A DNA stretch of 64,000 nt from Polyangiaceae bacterium (lineage in GTDB: Bacteria > Myxococcota_A > Polyangia > Polyangiales > Polyangiaceae). A program made the translations under genes and the position numbers. A model generated the notes under the pieces. The model was not told the origin of the DNA and did not search any database. It was given only the letters and a program-made list of their open reading frames with translations. The DNA lies in the NCBI GenBank assembly GCA_044222475.1, contig JBGANF010000029.1:8555-72554 (forward strand). The letters run 5' to 3'. Below, piece by piece: positions 55,268-64,000 of the stretch; position 1 is the first letter of the stretch, and the number at the start of each line of letters is the position of its first letter.

Positions 55268-56500
55268 TCACTTCGGCGGCGGCAACGTCCCGACGCAGAC
55301 GCCCACTTCGAGGAGCACGTAGAGCAGCGCCTTCTCCTGCGAGAGGAGCTGGTCGCTCGCTTCGGTGTGGTAGGTGCTGAAGAGCACGCGCCCGCAGCCG
55401 TTCTGGAAGCTCACCGTCATCGGCTTTCCGTTGCCGCTCATCCAGACCTTCGGCGTGATCGTCGTCGGCTTGCCGTCTTGATCGGTGCCAGGCTGGGGGC
55501 TCACGCTCTTGATGCTCGTCCAGCTCTGCTTCAGCGTCGGCGTCGGATCTCCGAGCGCGCTGAGCCACGCGGAGAGCCCCGGATCGGTGACCTGCGCGGT
55601 GGTGTCGTACGCGCCGGACTGGCACGCCGAGCCGAGGGTCCCGGTCTCGCCGTCCCAGTGGACGAAGCCGGGCCAAGGCTGGCGCACGAGCTCGTAGCTG
55701 TAGTCGCTCGTGTAGAGCTTGCCGCCCGCCTTCACGAAGTCTTGGAGGTTCTTCTGCACCGTCGAGCTTCCGGCCGGCTGCGAGGTGTCGCACGTGGTCC
55801 CGCTGGAGAACGAGCAGCCGGCGAACACGATGTTGTATTGTGCAAGCTTCGCCGAGCTGTCGAACAGCGTCGGATCGACGATGTCGAAGTTGGCGTCGCT
55901 GGGCTTCACCTGCGGTTGATTGAGGAAGTCCTTCGTCACGACGCCGAGGCCGAGCCGCGCGAGCGAGACCTCGATCTTGTCCCACTGGGCCTGCACGACG
56001 GCCATCTTCGGGATCTCGTCGCCGGCGTCCGGGTTGCTCTTGCCGGGCAGGGTGCTCAGCGGCGCGGGCACGACTTGCGTCGGTGCCTTCACGGTGAACG
56101 GGCGCGCGCGGCGGAACTGGCCCTTCTGCACGACGAGCCACTGATCACCTTCGTAGTAGGCACCGAGATCGAACGTGCCGTCGGCCTTCGAGTAGGTGTA
56201 CGCGGTCGTCGCGGTGAGCTCGACGCACTTGTCGCAGTAGACGCCTTTGGTCTGCGTGGCCGGCTTGCCCACCGCGAGGTAGACGAGCGCACCCGAGATC
56301 GGGATCGTGCCCTCGGGGGCGAACACCTTTCCGGTGAGGTGTCCGACGACGGTCGGTGCGGGCGCGGTCCCGTCGGAGCCGGGGCCGATGATGCTCCCGT
56401 CACCGCCGGCATCCGGAGTGACGAAGTCCTGACGCGACGAGCCGCACGCGGCGACGCATCCAACGAGTGCAACTGCGATGAACGAGGGGCGACGATCCAC
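55268..56500 (-). CDS. Lipoprotein with carboxypeptidase-regulatory-like domain
   Basis: Lipobox CVAAC; LTGKVFAPEGTIPISGALVY, QKGQFRR, GGKLYTSD, GRVLFSTYHT. Confidence 0.75.
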   Translation of the reverse strand: MDRRPSFIAVALVGCVAACGSSRQDFVTPDAGGDGSIIGPGSDGTAPAPTVVGHLTGKVFAPEGTIPISGALVYLAVGKPATQTKGVYCDKCVELTATTAYTYSKADGTFDLGAYYEGDQWLVVQKGQFRRARPFTVKAPTQVVPAPLSTLPGKSNPDAGDEIPKMAVVQAQWDKIEVSLARLGLGVVTKDFLNQPQVKPSDANFDIVDPTLFDSSAKLAQYNIVFAGCSFSSGTTCDTSQPAGSSTVQKNLQDFVKAGGKLYTSDYSYELVRQPWPGFVHWDGETGTLGSACQSGAYDTTAQVTDPGLSAWLSALGDPTPTLKQSWTSIKSVSPQPGTDQDGKPTTITPKVWMSGNGKPMTVSFQNGCGRVLFSTYHTEASDQLLSQEKALLYVLLEVGVCVGTLPPPK

Positions 56501-56577
56501 GTGGCGAGTATAGGCGCGGTGGCCCAGCTTGGCACACGTGATCGCGCGCAATTTCCAGGCAAATCCCCCGTTGCTGG

Positions 56578-56593
56578 TGGCACGTCGCTTGCT
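56578..56593 (+). promoter_or_regulatory. Sigma54 (-24/-12) promoter
   Basis: TGGCACG-TCGC-TTGCT, a perfect match to TGGCACG-N4-TTGCW, ending 12 nt before ATG 56606. Confidence 0.75.
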
Positions 56594-56605
56594 CAGTAGG
56601 TGGGC

Positions 56606-57208
56606 ATGCGCTCCCTCCTCGCCGCCCCGATCGCCGCCGTCGCGCTCGCGTCTCTCTTGACGCTCCACTGCGGAGGGCAAGTCGACGGCGCAAGTCTGCC
56701 CGACTGTCCGTCGAACCTCTCGAGCGCTTGCCCGGTCGAGGCGAACTGCAAGCAGACCTTCACCGATTGCGCCGGCACGCATCAGGTCGCGTGCCAGTGC
56801 GACGGCTCCAAGTGGGTGTGCCCACAGCTCGGCGCACCGAGCTGCGCGAAGGAGTGCTCGACCGCGACTCAAGGGGCGTCGTGCACGACCAAGAACCTGC
56901 AGTGTCCCATGCCGAAGAAATGTGTGAATTCGCCGTCCCAGGACATGTGCATGTGCGACGGCTCGCACTTCGTCTGCACGACGAGCGCGTGTCCGCCCCC
57001 GCCCCCGTGCCCACCGCCGAGCGAGGTGAAGTTGGGCCGTGCGTGCAGCATGCCGTCCTCGATGTCGTGCGCCAGCGTCCTTGACTGCGGTGACGGGACG
57101 AGCGCTGCCATCGACTGCTCGTGCACGAACGGCAAGTGGTACTGCGAGTCGTTCATGAACCCCTGCACGAAGACGGTGGACGCCGGCTCGAGCCCGGACG
57201 GCGGCTGA
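56606..57208 (+). CDS. Cys-rich lipoprotein (three CxCxxxxW/FxC modules)
   Basis: Lipobox LTLHC-GG; CQCDGSKWVC, CMCDGSHFVC, CSCTNGKWYC. Confidence 0.8.
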   Translation: MRSLLAAPIAAVALASLLTLHCGGQVDGASLPDCPSNLSSACPVEANCKQTFTDCAGTHQVACQCDGSKWVCPQLGAPSCAKECSTATQGASCTTKNLQCPMPKKCVNSPSQDMCMCDGSHFVCTTSACPPPPPCPPPSEVKLGRACSMPSSMSCASVLDCGDGTSAAIDCSCTNGKWYCESFMNPCTKTVDAGSSPDGG

Positions 57209-57217
57209 GGGCTGCGT

Positions 57218-58300
57218 TCAGGGCGCGAAGCAGGCCCCTGGTGCGTTGGGTTTGTAACCGTCCTCGAGGACGAGCACGTCGTCGCCGAGTAGCGTGTGCT
57301 CGAAGCCGGTGACGACGCTCGTGTGACCGTCTTGCACGACGCGCTGTCCCTTCAGCTGACCGAGCCGGATGCGCGTGGCGCCGCCGGTCGCGACGTGCTC
57401 GATCCGCTCGAACCCAGCCGGCGGCGTACCGCCCATCGAGAGGCGAAACCCGTCCTTCTCGCTCTCGACGCGGCCGACGCAGCGCCCGCCGTTGCGTTCG
57501 ACGATCGCGTAAGGGCGATCGAGGTCGGGCGGGACGGTGACCATCGAGGCCCACATGTAGAGGGCGAACGTGAGCACCAGGCATGCCGGTGGCATCGCGA
57601 GCGCGAAGAGGAGGATCACCGTGACCGAGCTGAGTCCCTCGGCTTCTTCGCGCGGCGCGCGGGCGACGACGTCGCGCGCGAGCCCCTCGGCGACGAGCTC
57701 CTCCTTCCGCGCGACGCGCGCGACGACAGCTTCGGCGACGACGTTGTCGGCGCCGCAGAACCCGCAACGAGCGACGAGCTCGCGCGTCGCGACGACGGGC
57801 CCTCCGCACAAACGACAACGCGCCGCCTCGCCGGCGACGACCGGAGGCGCCGCGGCGGCGCCCGCGAGGAGGCGCTGGTAGCGCCGCTCCATCTTCGTGC
57901 GCGCGTAGAAGCCCACCGCGAAGTTGAGCACCAGCGGCGTCAGGAACAGAAGTCCGTTGCCGAACCAGACCATCGGCGCCATCGGCGAGGCCGCCTCGTC
58001 GGTGACGATCATGGCGCCGAACGCGGCCCAACCGAACGACGCGAGGAGCGCCGCGAGCCAGATGCCGAGAAACCACCCTTGGTAGACGCGCGCGCGCACG
58101 AGCTCGCGCTGCTTGAGCGACGAGAGCTGGCGATGCCGTACGTCGAGTCCGAGGAGCGCCGCCGAGCCGGCTTGGAGCTCGGCGACGACCTTCGCGTCGG
58201 GCGAGCCGGTGAACCCGCACGCGCGGCAACGAAGCTCGGTGGGTCGCGCGAGCGCGACGGGGCAGCTCGCGCCGCACTGAGGACATCGGGAGGTGAGCAT
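57218..58300 (-). CDS. Membrane protein with two zinc-ribbon pairs
   Basis: CPQCG...CRACG, TM helices, CRLCGG...CGFCG. Confidence 0.7.
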   Translation of the reverse strand: MLTSRCPQCGASCPVALARPTELRCRACGFTGSPDAKVVAELQAGSAALLGLDVRHRQLSSLKQRELVRARVYQGWFLGIWLAALLASFGWAAFGAMIVTDEAASPMAPMVWFGNGLLFLTPLVLNFAVGFYARTKMERRYQRLLAGAAAAPPVVAGEAARCRLCGGPVVATRELVARCGFCGADNVVAEAVVARVARKEELVAEGLARDVVARAPREEAEGLSSVTVILLFALAMPPACLVLTFALYMWASMVTVPPDLDRPYAIVERNGGRCVGRVESEKDGFRLSMGGTPPAGFERIEHVATGGATRIRLGQLKGQRVVQDGHTSVVTGFEHTLLGDDVLVLEDGYKPNAPGACFAP

Positions 58301-60009
58301 CAGCGGAGTCGCGCTTCGACTTCTCGCGGCATCGGCACTTCGCCCGTCGAGCGGATGTTGCCGTCGTCGAGGGTGACCGTTCCGCGACCGAGATCGAACA
58401 CCTCGCGGTGTCCGTCGGGGAGAAGCACGAGCATCGTCGGCTCGCCGACGTACGTTGGAGTGTACGCGCTCACGACGCGAATGCGCTCGTGCACCGGCGC
58501 GGCGAGCCAGTCCGCGCAATCCATCTTGGCCACCGGTGTGGCGCCCATCAGGTGCAGGAGCGTGGGCACCAGGTCGCACGCGGAGGCGGGCGCATCGGCG
58601 ATGGCGCGCCAGGTGTCCGCGTTGGCCGACGGGGGCGGGAAGAGCAGAAGCGGATCACGCACGACGTTCGCTTGATAGCCGTGATTGAAGAACGCTCCGC
58701 CTTCGCCGAGCGCTTGGCCGTGATCGCTCGTGAAGAACATCCAGCCTTCGGGATCGCGGGCGCGGAGCGCGTCGAACACGCGCGCGAGGTACTCGTCGGT
58801 GACGCGGATCGAGTTGTCGTACGCCTCGACCGAGTTCACGCCGTCCTCGGGGAAGAGCTTCCGCGACGGCGGCGAGTGGTGCCCGTACGGCGCGTGGCTT
58901 CCGTCCATGTGGAGGACGACGAAGAACGGCTCCGGCAACGTGGCGAGCGTGGGGAGCACGCCGCGCTCGAGGACGTCGAGATCGTCGGCGCCTTTGAGCA
59001 CGTCGACCTCGGGTGCGTAGTCGATCCCGCTGTGGAACACGTCGACGCCCTCGCGGAACAAGACGTCGAAGCTGCCCCAAGCCTCCTCTTGCGCGCTCAC
59101 GAACGCGGTGTGGTACCCGCGCGCCTTCGCGTACTCGAGTACGGTCGGCGCGGCGAAGACGCGACCACCGGGGTCGGGGCCTTCCATCCCGGTGAGGATG
59201 TACGGGACGCTGCTGCGCGTGTTCGGTCCCATCACGGTCGCGTCGCGGACGGCGAGCAGGCGGCCATCCTTCGCCAGCACCGAGAGACGCGGCGCGGTGT
59301 CGAGCTCGTAGCCGTACATCGGGAGGTGGCTCGCGGCGAGCGACTCGCCGACGACGAGCACGACGTTCGGCAGCCGTTCGTGCGCGGGCTGCGGCGGCAC
59401 GGTCGGCCTCTCGCCGGCGCTCGATCGCACGGCGGCACGACGGAGGATCCCACCGAGGGACGCCGCGAACGCCGGCATCGGATGCTCCAACGTGGGACAC
59501 GCGCGCCAGTACACGGCGCCGACGACGATGGCCGCCGACAGCACGAGCGAGCTCGGAGCGATCGCCCACCAGCGCAGCGGCTTCGGCGCCGGTGGGATCA
59601 ACGCGACGGCGGCGAGCGCGCTCGCGGCCACGCCGAAGCTCATCACGAAATCGGCGGTGCACCCGGCCGCGTGAAACGCGACGCCGGGCGAGTCGACGAA
59701 CGCGACGAAGTCCGTCGGCTCGACGAACTGGCCGTACGCGCGGAAGATCGCCGTCTGCACGCCCATCGGAAGCGCGACGAGCAGAGCGAAGAGCCCGATG
59801 CGCTTCGGACCGGACGTCATCGCGATGAGGCGAACGACGATCGCCAGCGCGATCATGGCGCCGGCGTAGTTCAGCGCGCCGCGCGCCGTGACCAGCCGGG
59901 GCGCGAGGAAGGCGGCGCGCGCGAGGAGATCGATCGCGACCAGGACGGCCCACGCCAGCACCACCGAGCGCCGCTTTTCGAGCCAGCGAACCACGCTCCC
60001 TCGTACCAA
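58300..60009 (-). CDS. Sulfatase-superfamily membrane enzyme, phosphoethanolamine transferase (EptA)-like
   Basis: N-terminal TMs; PNVVLVVGES, NTRSSVP, LHMDGSH, YDNSI, SDHG. Confidence 0.75.
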   Translation of the reverse strand: MVRGSVVRWLEKRRSVVLAWAVLVAIDLLARAAFLAPRLVTARGALNYAGAMIALAIVVRLIAMTSGPKRIGLFALLVALPMGVQTAIFRAYGQFVEPTDFVAFVDSPGVAFHAAGCTADFVMSFGVAASALAAVALIPPAPKPLRWWAIAPSSLVLSAAIVVGAVYWRACPTLEHPMPAFAASLGGILRRAAVRSSAGERPTVPPQPAHERLPNVVLVVGESLAASHLPMYGYELDTAPRLSVLAKDGRLLAVRDATVMGPNTRSSVPYILTGMEGPDPGGRVFAAPTVLEYAKARGYHTAFVSAQEEAWGSFDVLFREGVDVFHSGIDYAPEVDVLKGADDLDVLERGVLPTLATLPEPFFVVLHMDGSHAPYGHHSPPSRKLFPEDGVNSVEAYDNSIRVTDEYLARVFDALRARDPEGWMFFTSDHGQALGEGGAFFNHGYQANVVRDPLLLFPPPSANADTWRAIADAPASACDLVPTLLHLMGATPVAKMDCADWLAAPVHERIRVVSAYTPTYVGEPTMLVLLPDGHREVFDLGRGTVTLDDGNIRSTGEVPMPREVEARLR

Positions 60010-60082
60010 ACCCGCACCCTTTGGGGAAGAAGCAGCGGAAACCTTTGGGATTTCTGGAAATCGAAGAAATCGTACTCCGCGT

Positions 60083-60109
60083 TGTCACAAGGACGATCTC
60101 GGTTCCGTT
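60083..60109 (+). promoter_or_regulatory. Putative ECF-sigma promoter TGTCACA-N16-CGTT
   Basis: TGTCACA at 60083-60089 and CGTT at 60106-60109, 8 nt before ATG 60118. Confidence 0.5.
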
Positions 60110-60117
60110 GGCCCGGC

Positions 60118-62658
60118 ATGGAGGTTCCAATGATGTCCGTGTCGTCCGCCCCGTTTGCTCAGTCCAAGCTCGTCGCCCAGAGCTCCACGTTGCCCCTCGA
60201 AGGCGCCGCTCTCCGCGTGTCCGCCCGAGGCGGAATCGCGCGCGTCGTGCTCGAGCAGACGTTCCAGAATCACCACGCCGAGCCGCTGGCCGTCACCTAC
60301 GTGATGCCGCTCCCGGCCGACGCGGCGGTCAGCGGTTTCTCGTTCCGCATCGGCGATCGCACGATCGTCGGCGAGGTCGACAAGAAGCGCGCCGCTCGCG
60401 AGCGGTACGAAGACGCGATCGCGCGCGGTCACACCGCGGCGCTCCTCGAACAGGACCGCTCGTCGCTGTTCACGCAGGAGCTCGGCAACATCCCGCCGGG
60501 CGCGAAGGTCGTTTGCGAGATCGTCCTCGATCAGCGTCTCCGCTGGCTCGACGAGGGCTCGTGGGAGTTCCGCTTCCCGCTCGCGGCCGCGCCGCGTTAC
60601 CTCGGCGGTCCCGGTCGCGTCGCCGACGCGCACAAGATCGCGCTCGAGGTCGCGCAGACGCTCGCGCCGCGCGCGTCCCTCGCGATGTCGATCGACGACG
60701 CGCTGACCACCGGTCGCTCGCCGGAGTCGCCTTCGCACCCGCTGCAGTGTGCGCCGAACGGAGCTGGCTTCCGCGTCGAGCTCGGCTCGGGCAACCGCGT
60801 CGAGCTCGACCGCGACGTCGTCGTGCGTTGGCCGGTCGCTTCGCTCGCGCCCGCGCTCACCGCGATCGCCGAGTCGGTGAACGGCAAGGCGCACGCGCTC
60901 TTCACGATCGTGCCGAGCCAGAGGTACGCGAAGCCGCTTTCTGGTTCGGGGGCACAGCCCCCGAAGCCCCTGGAGAGCTCTCCGCTCGCTCCGCCTGCGG
61001 CTACGCGAGCGTCGGTGGTCCGCGACCTCGTCGTCCTGCTCGACACGAGCGGATCCATGCACGGCGCGCCGCTCGACGCCGCGCGTCGCGTCGCGATGGC
61101 CCTCGTCGACGGCCTCGACGAGAAGGACAGCATCGAGCTCATCGAGTTCTCGAACCAGCCCCGCCGCATGTGGAAGACGCCGATCTGGGCGACGAAGGAG
61201 AACAAGCAGCACGCGCTCACCTGGCTCGCTCAGCTCCAAGCGAGCGGCGGCACCGAGATGCGCGAAGGCATCCTCGAGGCGCTCCGCCCGCTTCGCCCCG
61301 ATGCGCAGCGGCAGATCGTGCTGATCACCGACGGCCTCATCGGCTTCGAGCAGGAGATCGTCGAGACGATCCTCGAGCGTCTCCCGGCGGGATCGCGCGT
61401 GCACACCGTCGGCGTCGGCTCGTCGGTCAACCGGTCGCTCACCGGCCCGGCGGCACGCGCGGGCAAGGGCATCGAGTGCGTCATCGGGCTCGGTGAAGAT
61501 CCCGAGCGCGCGGTCGCGCGGCTGCGCGCCCGCACCGAGGCGCCGCTCGTCGTCGACGTGACGATCGAAGGCGCGGCTATCCTCGAGACCGCACCGGCGC
61601 GCGTGCCGGATCTCTACGCGGGTGCACCGGTGCTCCTCAGCGCGAAGGTCCGCCCCGAAGGCGGCGAGATCGTCGTGCGCGGGCGGACCGCGAACGGAAC
61701 GTGGGAAGAGCGCGTCCGCATCGCGCCGACCGAGTGCACGACGAGTGCTCCCAACGAACGCGCCGCCGGCGCGCTCGGCGCGCTCTTCGGTCGCGAAGCG
61801 GTCGAAGACACCGAGACGCGCGTCGCCGCCGGTGGTGACCGACTCGCCGCGGACCGGCGCGTCGAAGCGCTCGGCCTCGAGTACCAGATCGCGACGCGGC
61901 TCACGTCGTGGATCGCGGTCGACAAGACGCCGGCGGTCGATCCGCGACTGCCGACGCGGAAGGAGGTCGTTCCGCAGATGCTTCCGCACGGCATGTCGGT
62001 CGACGGGCTGGGACTCCGCGAAGCCGCGATGGCACCGATGAAGTCGATGGCCTACGCGCCGGTGATGTCGCCGGCACCGATGGCTCCTCGCGGGCGTGCG
62101 ATGTCGGCGCCGCCTCCGGCCCAGGCCTTCGGAGGCGCACCTCCGAGCCCCCCGCCGCCGCCGGCCGAGCGAGAGGAGGCCGACGAGAAGACGATGGCGG
62201 CCGATCTAGCCGACGAGAGCTACGACGACGAGATCGCCAGCGCTCGCATGATCCCTCCGCCCCAATCGCATGCGGCTCGACCGCAGCGCTCCGAGGAGAA
62301 GGCGAAAGCGAAGAAGGAAGCGCCCGGTCCCATCGACGCGCTGCGCAAGGTGCTGAAGCGCGCGATCGGCCGCGCGGTCACGACGGTGGCGAAGCTCGCT
62401 TCGCGAAAGGGTCGCGAGATCACCATCGTCTTCGAGTTCGCCGAAGCGATCGACTTCGACCCGGCGACGTTCGTCGGCTTCGTCCTCGCTGACGGGACGA
62501 CGGTGCACGGCAAGGTGGACGACTCCCGGACGACCCGCGCCGGGCACTTCACCGCCGGGCAGATCGCGCGCATCGTGATCGTGCTCGACGTCGACGTCGA
62601 TGAGGGCGCGACGATCCGAGAGATCGTCTTCACGAACGAGACCTTCGCGGTAACGTGA
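60118..62658 (+). CDS. VIT + von Willebrand factor A domain protein
   Basis: LPLEG...QTFQN...YVMPLP...LFTQELGNIPPG; MIDAS motif DTSGSM, GGTEM, LITDG. Confidence 0.9.
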   Translation: MEVPMMSVSSAPFAQSKLVAQSSTLPLEGAALRVSARGGIARVVLEQTFQNHHAEPLAVTYVMPLPADAAVSGFSFRIGDRTIVGEVDKKRAARERYEDAIARGHTAALLEQDRSSLFTQELGNIPPGAKVVCEIVLDQRLRWLDEGSWEFRFPLAAAPRYLGGPGRVADAHKIALEVAQTLAPRASLAMSIDDALTTGRSPESPSHPLQCAPNGAGFRVELGSGNRVELDRDVVVRWPVASLAPALTAIAESVNGKAHALFTIVPSQRYAKPLSGSGAQPPKPLESSPLAPPAATRASVVRDLVVLLDTSGSMHGAPLDAARRVAMALVDGLDEKDSIELIEFSNQPRRMWKTPIWATKENKQHALTWLAQLQASGGTEMREGILEALRPLRPDAQRQIVLITDGLIGFEQEIVETILERLPAGSRVHTVGVGSSVNRSLTGPAARAGKGIECVIGLGEDPERAVARLRARTEAPLVVDVTIEGAAILETAPARVPDLYAGAPVLLSAKVRPEGGEIVVRGRTANGTWEERVRIAPTECTTSAPNERAAGALGALFGREAVEDTETRVAAGGDRLAADRRVEALGLEYQIATRLTSWIAVDKTPAVDPRLPTRKEVVPQMLPHGMSVDGLGLREAAMAPMKSMAYAPVMSPAPMAPRGRAMSAPPPAQAFGGAPPSPPPPPAEREEADEKTMAADLADESYDDEIASARMIPPPQSHAARPQRSEEKAKAKKEAPGPIDALRKVLKRAIGRAVTTVAKLASRKGREITIVFEFAEAIDFDPATFVGFVLADGTTVHGKVDDSRTTRAGHFTAGQIARIVIVLDVDVDEGATIREIVFTNETFAVT

Positions 62659-63236
62659 CGGTCACAGGACCCACGGTGGATCTCGACGTCTACGCCACCC
62701 GCATCGCCGCCGGCGACTCCGCTGCCTTCGGGCAGTGGATCGCCGGCGCGGAGCGTCCATTGCGCGAGAGCTTGCGCTCGTTCGCGGCGCGGGTCGACGT
62801 CGAGGCGGTGCTCCAAGAGGCGCTGCTCCGCACGTGGCAGGTGGCGCCGAAGCTCGAGCGAGACGACAAACCGAACGCGCTCCTTCGGTTGTCGCTGCGG
62901 ATGGCGAAGAACCTCGCCATCGACGAAGTGCGACGAGCGCGCACGAGGCCGCTCGCGGACGACGAGCTCGACGAGTCGCTCGCGTTCGCGAGCCGCGTCG
63001 TTCCTCCCGACCCGATGCTCCGCAAGACGATCGCGGAGTGTCGGGATCGCTTGCCCGACCAACCTCGCCGCGCGTTCGACGTGCGCGTCTCGAGCGCCGG
63101 AGCCGAGCCCGACGCGAACCTGGCGGCGAGCGTTCGGATGAAGCTCAACACGTTCCTCCAGAACTTCACCCGAGCGCGCAAGCTCCTCGCCGATTGCCTT
63201 CGTGAGCACGGCGTCGACCTCGGAGAGATCGCATGA
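62655..63236 (+). CDS. ECF-type RNA polymerase sigma factor
   Basis: GDSAAF, EAVLQEALLRTW, AKNLAIDEVRR, region-4-like ...RARKLL; GTGA overlap. Confidence 0.7.
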   Translation: MTVTGPTVDLDVYATRIAAGDSAAFGQWIAGAERPLRESLRSFAARVDVEAVLQEALLRTWQVAPKLERDDKPNALLRLSLRMAKNLAIDEVRRARTRPLADDELDESLAFASRVVPPDPMLRKTIAECRDRLPDQPRRAFDVRVSSAGAEPDANLAASVRMKLNTFLQNFTRARKLLADCLREHGVDLGEIA

Positions 63237-63463
63237 TGACCCCGGAAGAACGCGAAGCGCTGATCGAAGCCGTGACGACCGCGCACCGGGCGGTGGATCC
63301 GTTCACGCGGATGACGCGCGCCCACGAAGCGTGGCACGACCTCGACGAAGAGGGACGGACGCGCGCGTTCGAGCGGACGGTCGTTCAACGTACGATGGAA
63401 GCTGCGCTGGACGGCGAGGGCCTGTCGACGACCGCGCGGGCGGTGCTCGCTCGGATCAAGTAG
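63233..63463 (+). CDS. Small hypothetical protein coupled to the sigma factor
   Basis: 76 aa helical; ATGA overlap with the sigma stop. Confidence 0.6.
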   Translation: MMTPEEREALIEAVTTAHRAVDPFTRMTRAHEAWHDLDEEGRTRAFERTVVQRTMEAALDGEGLSTTARAVLARIK

Positions 63464-63558
63464 CGAGCGCCCGAGCGGGGTGACCGAGGCTTGATCCAGG
63501 GCGGAGGAGGGATGCTCTGACGCCGTGGCGCGGCTTCGCCTCTGCGGCTCGTCGCGGA

Positions 63559-64000
63559 TCAAGTCGCGAGCGCGCGCTTCAGGTCTTCGAGGAACATCTC
63601 CATCCGCGCGGCGTCGGTGCGAAACGAGAGGACGCACACGCGGAGCACGAACATCCCGCGCACGACCGTCCCGGTGAGGAAGACGCGCTGCCGCCCGTTC
63701 ACGAGCCGCTTGATGCGGTGGTTCAACGTGTCGAGCGCCTTTCCGCTCACGCCCACGCTGGGCCCGACCCGAAACGCGAAGAGCGACAGCTCCGGCTCGG
63801 CCACGATCTCGACGTGAGGCAGCGCGCGCACCGCGTCGCAGGCGCGAGCGGCGAGGTCGAGCTTCTCGTCGAGCGCGTCACGGAACACGCCGGCGCCGTG
63901 CATCTTGAACGGAAGCCACACGCGGAGCCCGCGGAAGTCGCGCGAGAGCTCGGGACCGAGATCGCAGAAGTCGGTGAGCTCGTCGTCTTCCTGCATCGGA
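63559..64000 (-). CDS. PLP-dependent group II amino-acid decarboxylase (C-terminal part; runs off window)
   Basis: LGPELSRDFRGLRVW...PELSLFAFR...LRVCVLSFRT. Confidence 0.85.
   Translation of the reverse strand, partial: PMQEDDELTDFCDLGPELSRDFRGLRVWLPFKMHGAGVFRDALDEKLDLAARACDAVRALPHVEIVAEPELSLFAFRVGPSVGVSGKALDTLNHRIKRLVNGRQRVFLTGTVVRGMFVLRVCVLSFRTDAARMEMFLEDLKRALAT

Noticed and set aside
58408..60117. N-terminal 570 aa of the 1416-aa ORF
   Set aside because: Antisense to the EptA-like gene; the VIT domain begins at ATG 60118

Overview
High-GC, gene-dense bacterial DNA. Gene content (an FrzS/AglZ-like pseudo-receiver coiled-coil protein, many Cys-rich lipoproteins, a Ser/Thr kinase and PP2C, a VIT-vWA protein) points to Myxococcota, probably Polyangiales; this is inferred. 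1-21.6 kb is a cell-surface glycosylation region (two SAM methyltransferases, an NAD-dependent epimerase, four GT-C-like membrane proteins). It carries a REP-associated tyrosine transposase (RAYT) next to structured non-coding DNA and is interrupted by an ~8 kb accessory island (9.1-17.2 kb). The island is the best candidate for an undescribed system. It is a minus-strand six-gene operon: a small beta-sandwich protein, a paralogous beta-sandwich+LamG protein, then two tandem pairs of an FGE-sulfatase-domain lipoprotein and a Gly/Pro-rich protein with an unrelated AT-rich N-terminal domain and a conserved C-terminus. This looks like a mirror-image polymorphic toxin/immunity array, and toxin-antitoxin remnants bracket it. 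The remainder is mostly housekeeping and signalling: trxA, kinase, two metallophosphoesterases, tag, sppA, hisIE, amidohydrolase, nagZ, dabB plus a frameshifted dabA, a PP2C/XRE divergon with a palindromic operator, a sigma54-type promoter before a Cys-rich lipoprotein, a VIT-vWA/ECF sigma operon and a PLP decarboxylase. No rRNA, tRNA or CRISPR array was seen. All product calls come from motif recognition by eye, not database searches.
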